Shown here one piece after another: positions 1 to 7,970 of a stretch of 12,152 nucleotides of DNA. The DNA comes from Desulfurella sp. (GTDB lineage Bacteria > Campylobacterota_A > Desulfurellia > Desulfurellales > Desulfurellaceae): the NCBI GenBank assembly GCA_031960885.1, contig JAVRLY010000038.1, positions 1 to 12,152 on the forward strand, in the 5' to 3' direction. A program made the translations under genes and the position numbers. Each line of letters starts with the position of its first letter. The first letter of the stretch is position 1. The notes below the pieces were generated by a model. The model had not been told where the DNA came from, did not search any database, and worked only from the letters and a program-made list of their open reading frames with translations.

Positions 1-593
1 GCAATATAGCTATTGTATAGCTTCACTATTGAGCTTTCATTGAGCATTAAGTCTAAATTGTAACTCAATAAGTCAAAGTGCTTGCAATCATCGCTGACAA
101 TCAAAAGTGGTCTTGTAAAATTTTCACTATGCAAGCTGCCGTATGCTGGGAATACATACTCATTGTTATATTTAAAGGCTTTTCCGTAAAAAGCAGCTAA
201 ATTTACATTTTTGATATTAACAGGCACTCTATCATTAAACTCACAGGTTTCAGAAAACGATAGAAATGGTTGATTTAGTTTATTTTTTATAAAGATTCGG
301 CTAGCAAGCGCGTACAATTTATCATCGATTTTTGAAACTATGGCATCGAGTTCGTTTTCGCTATCAAAAACCACTTTTTCTTCTATCTTAAACAATGCAT
401 TGTTGCTAAAGAATTCTTCTAAATAGTCAATTGGGATTTTTATCGATTTTAATTTACCATAAAAGCCATGTGGGTTGTGTTTGTCGTTTATGCCTTGTCT
501 ATAAAAGATACAAAGCGTATCATTAAAGGTTGTCATTGTTGGAAATGAGCTGTATAGTTGGGTGTTTTCTTCCACAATTGTTTTAACAATCAT
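1..593 (-). CDS. Putative BNR/Asp-box (sialidase-like beta-propeller) protein, 3' end outside window
   Basis: Hand-translated: ATG at 593, overlapping the TGA of the upstream gene (ATGA), with the frame open to the window edge: MIVKTIVEENTQLYSSFPTMTTFNDTLCIFYRQGINDKHNPHGFYG...YVFPAYGS...LLIVSDDCKHFDLL...LNESSIVKL. The Y-x-x-FP...YRxG start, the SDDxKxF Asp-box-like motif and NExSI resemble BNR_2/sialidase-family proteins. Not in the supplied ORF track. Confidence 0.6.
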   Translation of the reverse strand, partial: MIVKTIVEENTQLYSSFPTMTTFNDTLCIFYRQGINDKHNPHGFYGKLKSIKIPIDYLEEFFSNNALFKIEEKVVFDSENELDAIVSKIDDKLYALASRIFIKNKLNQPFLSFSETCEFNDRVPVNIKNVNLAAFYGKAFKYNNEYVFPAYGSLHSENFTRPLLIVSDDCKHFDLLSYNLDLMLNESSIVKLYNSYI

Positions 594-1255
594 AAGCTAT
601 AAGCTATTATATGAAAATTTTTTCTAAGCCACAACCTTTTTTGTTTAAAATCGGGTATGATATTTTCAACCATTTGCCAAAACGCTTTTGAATGGTTTAA
701 ATAAAATAAATGGCAAAGCTCATGCACAACAAGATAGTCTATATAGTCTTTGCTAAGTAAAACATTGTAGAAGCTAAATCTTAAGTTGCCTTTAGAATCG
801 CAAGAGCCTAACCTTTTTTTAGCGCTAGTAATGGTAATTGTGTTAAAATTGCAATTAAGTAACTCTTTATAATATTGCAAGCGCTCATTGATAAAAATAA
901 ATGCTTGTTTTTTGTACCACTCTAACAATACACGCTTAGCTAAAAGAGCGTTTTTTAAGTATAAAAAAATCGTTTGGTTTTCAAGGGACATGCAATTTTT
1001 GTTGGCATTGATTATTTGAAGTGTCAATTCTTTGCCCAAGTAGTAGAATTTTTCTCCGCTTTTATAAGAATTTTTGTGATAATTAGCGATTTTGATTTCA
1101 TTAATTTTTCTTTCAATAAAAAGACGTTTGCTTTCTATTATGCTATTAATAGTTTTTTGGCTAGTGCCAATTGGCGCTTTTACAAGAAGCGTTAATTGGC
1201 TTGTGATTTGCAAACTAATAGTTTTGCGCTTACAATAAATAATCTTGATTTGCAT
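590..1255 (-). CDS. YgjP/DUF45 (M48/SprT-like) zinc metallohydrolase
   Basis: Family motifs RKTISLQI, LLVKAP, KRLGSC and YLVVHELCH (HExxH)...NHSKAFW. The likely start is MQIKIIY at 1255 (221 aa). The first 52 aa of the tracked ORF are only the tRNA genes read in frame. Confidence 0.9.
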   Translation of the reverse strand: MQIKIIYCKRKTISLQITSQLTLLVKAPIGTSQKTINSIIESKRLFIERKINEIKIANYHKNSYKSGEKFYYLGKELTLQIINANKNCMSLENQTIFLYLKNALLAKRVLLEWYKKQAFIFINERLQYYKELLNCNFNTITITSAKKRLGSCDSKGNLRFSFYNVLLSKDYIDYLVVHELCHLFYLNHSKAFWQMVENIIPDFKQKRLWLRKNFHIIAYSL

Positions 1256-1260
1256 AATAA

Positions 1261-1354
<94 letters not shown>

Positions 1355-1364
1355 ATACAAAAAA

Positions 1365-1454
1365 TGGCGGAGGAGGTAGGATTCGAACCCACGGAAGGCT
1401 TGCACCTTCAACGGTTTTCAAGACCGCCGCCTTAAACCACTCGGCCACTCCTCC
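1365..1454 (-). tRNA. tRNA-Ser(TGA)
   Basis: Reverse complement is GGAGGAGTGGCCGAGTGG...GCGGT-CT-TGA-AA-ACCGT, with a long variable arm, T-loop GGTTCGAATCC and an encoded GCCA end. Confidence 0.97.
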
Positions 1455-1466
1455 GCTGCTAAAAAT

Positions 1467-1494
1467 AGTATATCATATACGCTCATTTTTTCAA
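1467..1494 (-). promoter_or_regulatory. sigma70-type promoter for the tRNA-Ser pair
   Basis: Minus strand reads TTGAAA (1494-1489), 16 nt, TATACT (1472-1467), with an extended -10 TG. It lies 12 nt upstream of the first tRNA. Confidence 0.65.
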
Positions 1495-1640
1495 GAGTTT
1501 TTTAACATATGCTTGACAAAGTCTAAATAGCCTACTCGAAAAAAATTCAATATACCAGTTATTATGTGTCATTCTTGCGGTGTTTGCACGCTAAAAAAAG
1601 CACTCTTTGATTTAAAAGAGCAAAAGCAAGCAAACATAAA

Positions 1641-1676
1641 GCGTTAATCTTGCGTTAATGTTTGGTGTGCTATAAG
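1641..1676 (+). promoter_or_regulatory. Direct-repeat operator plus extended -10 upstream of the COG4705 gene
   Basis: GCGTTAAT occurs at 1641-1648 and 1652-1659 (11-bp period), followed by TG-C-TATAAG at 1668-1676. Confidence 0.45.
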
Positions 1677-1709
1677 TGCGTTTGTGAAATTTAATGTTGG
1701 GGGTGTTTT

Positions 1710-2513
1710 ATGAATGCGTTAAGCGCAAACACAAATCAAGAGCTTTTTAACAAGGTAGCGCATGTCACATTGATTTTTTGGCTCACTAAGATTGTGGCTA
1801 CAACACTTGGTGAGACATTTGGGGATTTTCTTTCTATGACATTGGGCTTGGGCTATACAGAAAGTTTGATTATCACAAGCGCATTTTTAGTTTCGCTTCT
1901 AATAGTCCAACTAAAATCAAAACGATACATACCTATAATTTTTTGGATGGCTATTGTAGGCACTACAACTGTTGGCACGGAAATATCCGATCTTATAGAT
2001 AGAACATTGGGGCTTGGATACGCCCTTGGAAGTTTGATTTTATCAAGCGGTTTATTTTTAAGTCTTTTTATCTGGCACAAAAAATACAAAAGTTTGAGTA
2101 TTTATCCAATGGTTGAACCTACAAAAGAGATGCTTTTTTGGGTTGCTGTGCTATTTTCAAATAGTTTAGGTACTGCATTTGGAGACTTTTTGTCAGACAA
2201 CATGCATTTGAGCTATCTTGGCGGCACTATTGTGACAAGCGTTGTAATTTTGGCTGTTGTGTTTTTGCATTACTTTAGCAACATAAACAAACATATACTT
2301 TTTTGGGTAGCGTTTGTTTTTACAAGACCATTTGGGGCAACATTTGGCGATTTGCTAACAAAGCCCACTGCGCTTCATGGCTTGAATTTGGGAACGCTTA
2401 ATGCCTCAATTGTTGAGTTAGTCCTAATTGCAATACTTATAACAATTGCCCATATAAATTTACACAAATTGCCACTACACGCAAAAAAATCTCTTGTTAA
2501 AGTCAAGCGCTAA
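1710..2513 (+). CDS. COG4705/DUF347-repeat integral membrane protein
   Basis: Characteristic NKVAHVTLIFWLTKIVATTLGETFGDFLS, followed by repeated FW...GT..GD/SD units (GTEISD, GTAFGD, RPFGATFGDLLTKP). About 8 hydrophobic segments. GGGGG SD-like run upstream. Confidence 0.88.
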   Translation: MNALSANTNQELFNKVAHVTLIFWLTKIVATTLGETFGDFLSMTLGLGYTESLIITSAFLVSLLIVQLKSKRYIPIIFWMAIVGTTTVGTEISDLIDRTLGLGYALGSLILSSGLFLSLFIWHKKYKSLSIYPMVEPTKEMLFWVAVLFSNSLGTAFGDFLSDNMHLSYLGGTIVTSVVILAVVFLHYFSNINKHILFWVAFVFTRPFGATFGDLLTKPTALHGLNLGTLNASIVELVLIAILITIAHINLHKLPLHAKKSLVKVKR

Positions 2514-2520
2514 AAACCTT

Positions 2521-2555
2521 GCAAAGCCTAGCTTAAGCGGGCTTTGCTTAAGCCC
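2521..2555. terminator. GC-rich hairpin between the convergent COG4705 and nikR genes (candidate bidirectional terminator)
   Basis: GCAAAGCC...GGCTTTGC inverted repeat (2521-2547). The palindrome GCTTAAGC occurs twice, allowing alternative stems. The U-tracts are weak. Confidence 0.5.
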
Positions 2556-2558
2556 AAT

Positions 2559-2972
2559 TTACTTTTCAATGGCTGAGGCGCGCGTTAGTTTTGAGAATTT
2601 AACGCCATTTAAGCCGCCAATTTTTATTGCTACATCTTCTACAGTTTGCGATAGCCCGCGCATTATTATATTTTCAAGGCAATTGTGATGGTCTATGTGT
2701 ATGTGCGTTGAGCATAGAATGTCAACTGGTGCGTGATGTTGCATATCAATGAGTTTTTCTGATAGCTCTTTTTTATGGTGGTCATAAATGAGTGTCAAAA
2801 CGCCGTAGACTTCTTCGCTGCTTGAGCTCCACTTTTCTTGCACAAGTTCATTTCTTATCAAATCCCTCACAAACTCAGACCTTGAAGCGTAACCTTTTTG
2901 AATCATTTTTTTATCGAGTTCTTTAAGCAGCGATTCTGGCAACGATATACTAAACCTAATAGTTTTGTCCAT
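2559..2972 (-). CDS. nikR: Nickel-responsive transcriptional regulator NikR
   Basis: RHH N-terminus [11 protein letters not shown]...[14 protein letters not shown] and metal-binding domain YDHH...[19 protein letters not shown] upstream. Confidence 0.96.
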   Translation of the reverse strand: MDKTIRFSISLPESLLKELDKKMIQKGYASRSEFVRDLIRNELVQEKWSSSSEEVYGVLTLIYDHHKKELSEKLIDMQHHAPVDILCSTHIHIDHHNCLENIIMRGLSQTVEDVAIKIGGLNGVKFSKLTRASAIEK

Positions 2973-3013
2973 ACAGACTCCTACCTTAATTGCTTTATTT
3001 TAAGCTACATACG

Positions 3014-3041
3014 ATTTTACTTTCCATAGACAATTTGTCAA
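3014..3041 (-). promoter_or_regulatory. sigma70-type promoter for nikR
   Basis: Minus strand reads TTGACA (3041-3036), 16 nt, TAAAAT (3019-3014). Confidence 0.55.
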
Positions 3042-3079
3042 TTACATGTAATTTTTATTGCATTTTTTTCATTTTTTAC

Positions 3080-3108
3080 TTGCTTTTAGCTTTTGGCGAA
3101 TATATAAT
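3080..3108 (+). promoter_or_regulatory. sigma70-type promoter for the pilus operon
   Basis: TTGCTT (3080-3085), 17 nt, TATAAT (3103-3108). A GAGGTG SD precedes the ATG at 3130. Confidence 0.6.
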
Positions 3109-3129
3109 ATTAAAAAAGCGAGGTGTAGT

Positions 3130-3405
3130 ATGAAAAAATTATTTGTTATAGCAATTATTATAACTTTATCATTATCTAGTGTGGCAAGCGCGGCAGAATA
3201 TACAAGGGTCATTGGAAAAGTCATAAGCGTAAACCAAAAGGATTCAACTGTTAAAGTAAATGTGTTCTCCGAAGTGTGCAATGGCATTCACACATTTTCT
3301 ATTGAAAACGATGAAGCTTTAAAAAATCTTGAAGTTGGTTCACAAATTGGACTTTATTTGCTCAAAGATTGCACACAAGCTATTGTGATAGGAGATAGTA
3401 AATGA
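3130..3405 (+). CDS. Small secreted protein (91 aa), predicted OB-fold-like, coupled to pilY1
   Basis: GAGGTG SD, then the Sec signal peptide MKKLFVIAIIITLSLSSVASA|A. The mature part is beta-rich with two Cys. Its TGA overlaps the pilY1 ATG. The tracked TTG start at 3058 lies upstream of the predicted promoter. Confidence 0.8.
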   Translation: MKKLFVIAIIITLSLSSVASAAEYTRVIGKVISVNQKDSTVKVNVFSEVCNGIHTFSIENDEALKNLEVGSQIGLYLLKDCTQAIVIGDSK

Positions 3406-6400
3406 TAAAAAAAGCTATACTTGCAGTTGCGTTTGTTATTTTTCTTTCAAATTTTGCATTTGCAGATTGCAAGTCTCCAAGCGCTGATGCAATACCGCCG
3501 TTTTTAGGCACTACATCAACCATCCCGCCCAATGTGTTAATTGTAATGGATATTAGCGGCTCAATGACTTGGGATGCTTACAAAACTTGTTCTTGGAGCT
3601 GCAAGTATACGTGGGATAAGAAGCAGAAAGTGTTGTATTTGGAGTTGAATAAGACTTGCCCAAACTATATAGCCGGCAGCAAAGAGGGCTATTTTAACCC
3701 AAATCACAGGTATAGTTACGATAGTAGTCAGAAATACTGGTATATAAACGACAACGCAAGTGTAAGTTCATGTCCTTCTGGGAGCACGGGGGACGAAATT
3801 GACCCAAATAATAGCTATGATGGTGCTTGTCTAAATTATAATTTTATGACGCGCATAGACCTTGTGCGATGGGTTTTGACTGGTGGTAAACCAGCAAGCT
3901 GTTCTTCTGCTTCTGATCCAAATTGCGATCCAAGAACAGCGAATACAGACGGGAACAACATCAAACTAAAAACATCTAATGGTGAAGGTATAATAGTATT
4001 AAGTCAAATAACGGTATTGACGCCAACGCTTGGTCAATTTGTATTAACGCCTAATGGTGAAGGTCAATTTGTATTAACGCCTGGTCAATTTGTATTAACG
4101 CCTGGCCAAGCAGCATCAACGCCTGGTCTAATACTAATAATGGATGATGGTAATAGATTAACGCCTGATAAAATAGTATTAAAGCTTTCTCAACAGCCTG
4201 ATCAAACAGTATTAACGCCTATGGACAGGATTAATAGTTCTTTGCTTATATCGTTAGCCAACGACACTCAAAATGTCCAGTCAAGAATTGGTTTGGAAAT
4301 GTTTTCTGACAATGTAGCCTCAGACAAGGTTTATATTGGAGACTATACTACAGGTGGTTCTAATGACCCAAGTAAGCCATACACAAATGTTATCAAAATG
4401 ATAAACGCTACAAGCCCAGGTGGCTCTACTGCGACGGGTCCTGCAATGAAAGCTGCTTTAGACTATTTTGCCCAAAAGAGTGTAAATGATATGGGTAATG
4501 ACTGCAAACAGCAAGACTATTCATACAATAATGGTTTTAGTCCTTCACAAGGCACATGGAAAGACCCCATGTATCAGCCTTGCAAAAAAGACCACACTGC
4601 AAGCAGTGATAGTTTTTGCTCTGCAGAGTGCGCAAACAACTATGTCATTTTGATGTCTGATGGTGATTGGAATACGGGTGGTGACCCTCTAAAGCCTGCG
4701 TGGTATATGCATAATGTTTTTAAGCGAACACTAAACAATACGGATTTTAAAATAAATAGAGTATATACTGTTGGTATGTTTTTAAGCACAGGTAGTGGCG
4801 CGTGCGGATTTAATGCATTGAAAAATGTTTCATTGTATGGCTCAAACACTTTTTCTACATACCCAACTAAGTGCACTGGTTATGACCCTGATAAGAAAAA
4901 TTGCAGTAATGATTGCTCAAACACAGACTATGGTAATTATGGAGCATATGGCAGCTATTGTTATACGCCAAGTCCAGATCCTACGACAACAAACCCGCAA
5001 ACGGCATTTAGTGCAAATAATGCCAGCGATTTGAAAAATAGCCTATCTGCTATTTTTCAAGACATACAAAAGAATGTTTCATCTGGCTCGTCAGCTGCTA
5101 TTGCTCCTAGTTTAAGCGCACAAGGCTCTATGATTTTGCAATCAGTTTTTTGGCCCCAAAAAACATTTGATAATGGCGCAACTGTTTCATGGGTAGGCAA
5201 GCTTTACGCATGGTGGCTGCAGCAAAGCCCAGTCAGCGCTCCCGTTATAAGAGCCGATAATGGAAACAAAGAGCTTGCTTCAACAAACACAGAAATTAAT
5301 TTTGGCACAAATCCGTCAAACGTGTTTGACAATAACACGCCAATTTTTGAAGCTGGCGCAATATTGCTTAAAACAGACGCTAAGAATAGAAAAATATATA
5401 CAACGACTGATGGCAAAACGCTCTTAGAGTTTACTGCAAGCAATGCTCAAGAGATTGAATCATTCTTTTGTTTAAACAAGTGTTTAAACAATACTAGCCT
5501 AGCTCCAGAAGATCTTATAAATTATATAAGAGGTCAAGATTTAACCGGCACTAGACCCCGCACTGTTACTGAAAATGGCGGCGTGTGGAAACTTGGCGAT
5601 ATTGTATACTCATCCCCCGCTGTAATGCAAAAAGTTGACTATACAAATCCGTCCGAGACCTACAATGTGATATTTGTTGGTGCAAATGATGGTATGTTGC
5701 ATGCATTTTTATTGGGCCAGCCAATAAATACATACCAGAAAGACACAATCGTTAAGCTTTGCAATGATAACAAGTTTACAATGGATGCGTCAGGCAACAT
5801 AACATGCACTGATGGAAACGATAAGGTTGGAAGCGAACTGTGGGCGTTTATACCAAAAAATTCGCTTCCGTACTTAAAATACTTAGCAGACCCAAGTTAC
5901 GATACAACAAAACATTTATACTTTAATGATTTAGAGCCTTTTGTTTTTAAAGCTTATACGCAAAATGGCGTAAAGACTATTCTAATTGGCGGTATGCGTT
6001 TTGGCGGATGTGTAAAACCTCCCACCAAACCTTGCGATAACCCTACTTCTGAATGTTGTAATAATCCTCCTTCTGACTCATGCAGTGCTGGCTATTCGTC
6101 ATACTATGCGCTTGATGTAACAGACCCTGAACATCCTTCACTGCTGTGGGAGTTTAGCAATCCAAAGCTGGGATTTAGCTATTCTGGACCTGCAATTGTT
6201 AAAGAGTATGATGGGATTCAAAACAACTATTTTGTTGTGTTTTTATCTGGACCAACTGATTATGATGGCACATCAAATCAACCAGTGAACCTATTTATTT
6301 TAGACTTAATGACTGGAGAATTAAAGAGAACAATGAGTCCAACTACAGACAATAAGGCTTTTGGCGGCAGATTGTTTACAGGTGGCATTATAGATAATGC

Positions 6401-7154
6401 AAATAGTCTAACGAAAGCCATCCCGTTTGGCATTTCTTACCAAGACAAGAATGGAAATTGGCTTGGAAAAGTTTTTTTGCTCAATACATATGAAAATGCT
6501 GATTATACGAAATGGAAGATTGTGCCAGTTGATCTTAAGTTTGATGATTCTAATGCAACTTTGGGTCCCATTACCGCCCAAGTTGCCACATCAAAATGTC
6601 AAAGCACAAGACAATACATCTATTTTGGCACAGGCAGGTACTTCAAGCCCACAGACCCCATAACTTCACCAAATGAAAATATTTTTGGTGTAGATGTTAC
6701 AAGTTGTATAAACAATGATAGTTGTTCTGTTAGTTTAACTAAAGTTACACCATCTAATCAGATAGGTAAAACGTATGTACCCGGCTTTTCATGGTATGTG
6801 CCACTTGACTCTTCTTTGGGAGAGCGCGATATTAGTGACCCAAGTGCAGATTCTAATTCTGTAACTTTTACAACGGCTTTGCCAACAGGTGGGGTTTATA
6901 CATCCAACTCTTTGTGTATAAGCGGCTATGGTGGTCAGACAAATGTGTGGTCTTTAACTTGTGGTACTGGTGCGCCAAATCAAAGCGGTCAAAACTATTT
7001 AATTTCTACTTCATCTGGCGGTATATATCAAGCAAGTGCAAATAGTTCTAAAGGCATAATAGGTACATTTAGCGGTATACCGGCTGTTAAGAAACCAACA
7101 GAGGTTCCTTATGGCACAAATAAAGGCATTATTATCCAATGGTTAGAAAAATGA
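3402..7154 (+). CDS. pilY1: Type IV pilus tip adhesin PilY1/PilC (vWA domain + beta-propeller)
   Basis: Signal peptide; IPPFL...PPNVLIVMDISGSM (MIDAS DxSxS), STATG and ILMSDG of a vWA domain. C-terminal PilC propeller motifs LINYIRG, WKLGDIVYSSP, VGANDGMLHAF, ELWAFIP, YYALDVTDP...LLWEF and YFGTGRY. Confidence 0.93.
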   Translation: MIKKAILAVAFVIFLSNFAFADCKSPSADAIPPFLGTTSTIPPNVLIVMDISGSMTWDAYKTCSWSCKYTWDKKQKVLYLELNKTCPNYIAGSKEGYFNPNHRYSYDSSQKYWYINDNASVSSCPSGSTGDEIDPNNSYDGACLNYNFMTRIDLVRWVLTGGKPASCSSASDPNCDPRTANTDGNNIKLKTSNGEGIIVLSQITVLTPTLGQFVLTPNGEGQFVLTPGQFVLTPGQAASTPGLILIMDDGNRLTPDKIVLKLSQQPDQTVLTPMDRINSSLLISLANDTQNVQSRIGLEMFSDNVASDKVYIGDYTTGGSNDPSKPYTNVIKMINATSPGGSTATGPAMKAALDYFAQKSVNDMGNDCKQQDYSYNNGFSPSQGTWKDPMYQPCKKDHTASSDSFCSAECANNYVILMSDGDWNTGGDPLKPAWYMHNVFKRTLNNTDFKINRVYTVGMFLSTGSGACGFNALKNVSLYGSNTFSTYPTKCTGYDPDKKNCSNDCSNTDYGNYGAYGSYCYTPSPDPTTTNPQTAFSANNASDLKNSLSAIFQDIQKNVSSGSSAAIAPSLSAQGSMILQSVFWPQKTFDNGATVSWVGKLYAWWLQQSPVSAPVIRADNGNKELASTNTEINFGTNPSNVFDNNTPIFEAGAILLKTDAKNRKIYTTTDGKTLLEFTASNAQEIESFFCLNKCLNNTSLAPEDLINYIRGQDLTGTRPRTVTENGGVWKLGDIVYSSPAVMQKVDYTNPSETYNVIFVGANDGMLHAFLLGQPINTYQKDTIVKLCNDNKFTMDASGNITCTDGNDKVGSELWAFIPKNSLPYLKYLADPSYDTTKHLYFNDLEPFVFKAYTQNGVKTILIGGMRFGGCVKPPTKPCDNPTSECCNNPPSDSCSAGYSSYYALDVTDPEHPSLLWEFSNPKLGFSYSGPAIVKEYDGIQNNYFVVFLSGPTDYDGTSNQPVNLFILDLMTGELKRTMSPTTDNKAFGGRLFTGGIIDNANSLTKAIPFGISYQDKNGNWLGKVFLLNTYENADYTKWKIVPVDLKFDDSNATLGPITAQVATSKCQSTRQYIYFGTGRYFKPTDPITSPNENIFGVDVTSCINNDSCSVSLTKVTPSNQIGKTYVPGFSWYVPLDSSLGERDISDPSADSNSVTFTTALPTGGVYTSNSLCISGYGGQTNVWSLTCGTGAPNQSGQNYLISTSSGGIYQASANSSKGIIGTFSGIPAVKKPTEVPYGTNKGIIIQWLEK
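3976..4220 (+). repeat. In-frame 21-bp tandem/mosaic repeat array inside pilY1
   Basis: Exact GGTCAATTTGTATTAACGCCT at 4032-4052, 4062-4082 and 4083-4103. Degenerate copies at 4104-4124, 4167-4187 and 4200-4220. CTAATGGTGAAGGT at 3976-3989 and 4051-4064. Confidence 0.9.
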
Positions 7155-7582
7155 AAGGCTTTACTTTGGTTGAGGTCATAGTTGCAATAGTGATTTTGGC
7201 CATTGTGCTTGCTATTGCTATACCATTTTTTAATAAATATAAAAAAAGCTTTGAGATAATAAGCCAGTTTAACCAGATTGAATCAGACCTTAACTATGCA
7301 AAAGCTTACGCATTTACGCGAAAAGTTACTGTCAATGTGATTTTTAGCTCAAATAGCTACCAAATTGTTTATGCAGACAATAATACAATCATTAAAGGTC
7401 CCTTAAATCTAAAATACGCTTGTTTAACAAACGCCACTGGTAATACGATTACTTTTCAATCACTTGGCTATCCAACACCCGCAAGTATATACACAAAGGA
7501 GGCAAATAGCGTAAATTGCACGAATGTTTCTTTTACAAGAATCATATCTGGAGCATACAATGGTAAAGATTGCACGCCGTAA
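7151..7582 (+). CDS. FimT/FimU-like minor pilin
   Basis: Prepilin site MKG|FTLVE with a hydrophobic helix, and SDLNYAKAYAF typical of FimT/GspH. The ATG at 7151 overlaps the pilY1 TGA (ATGA). Confidence 0.85.
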   Translation: MKGFTLVEVIVAIVILAIVLAIAIPFFNKYKKSFEIISQFNQIESDLNYAKAYAFTRKVTVNVIFSSNSYQIVYADNNTIIKGPLNLKYACLTNATGNTITFQSLGYPTPASIYTKEANSVNCTNVSFTRIISGAYNGKDCTP

Positions 7583-7970
7583 AAGCGGTTTTTCGCTAAT
7601 TGAAGCAATGATAGCATTGTTTATTATATTAGTGGGCTTGCTTGGGTTGCTTGGCGCTTTAAATATGGCTATGAATGTTGAAACACAAAGCGAAATTAGA
7701 AATGCCATGCAAACCATTATTGATAAGAAAAGAAATGAAATAGAGCAAGCGCTTGAGCAACAACAAAACACTTCTACATGCGATCAATACAACACAGCTA
7801 CAACTGTTAACATAACAAACTCTACTATATCAAAATACATTCCAAGCTACACTCTTCAGACAAAAACACAACAGCAAACTTCAAATATTATTTGTATAGC
7901 AAATTTTAGCTGGTCCTACAAAGGCAAGCCCGAGAGCGCAACAAGAATTATTATTGTGGGGAAGCAATGA
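7560..7970 (+). CDS. pilV: PilV-like minor pilin
   Basis: GGAG SD, then ATG at 7560: MVKIARRKSG|FSLIEAMIALFIILVGLLGL. Lies between fimT and pilW, with a 23-nt overlap with fimT. Confidence 0.8.
   Translation: MVKIARRKSGFSLIEAMIALFIILVGLLGLLGALNMAMNVETQSEIRNAMQTIIDKKRNEIEQALEQQQNTSTCDQYNTATTVNITNSTISKYIPSYTLQTKTQQQTSNIICIANFSWSYKGKPESATRIIIVGKQ

Noticed and set aside
1468..1480. GTATAT-C-ATATAC inverted repeat over the tRNA promoter -10
   Set aside because: Short and AT-rich, largely explained by the -10 element itself, and likely due to chance.
2973..3129. Canonical NikR operator
   Set aside because: No GTATGA-N16-TCATAC or comparable widely spaced inverted repeat could be identified confidently.
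3130..3405. CusF-like metal chaperone linked to nikR
   Set aside because: It lacks the His/Met/Met metal site and is coupled to pilY1, not to a metal transporter.
3976..4220. CRISPR array or DGR template/variable repeat interpretation of the pilY1 repeats
   Set aside because: Units are adjacent or separated by 9-12 nt, with no unique spacers of regular length. They are in-frame coding, and no cas or reverse transcriptase gene is in the window.
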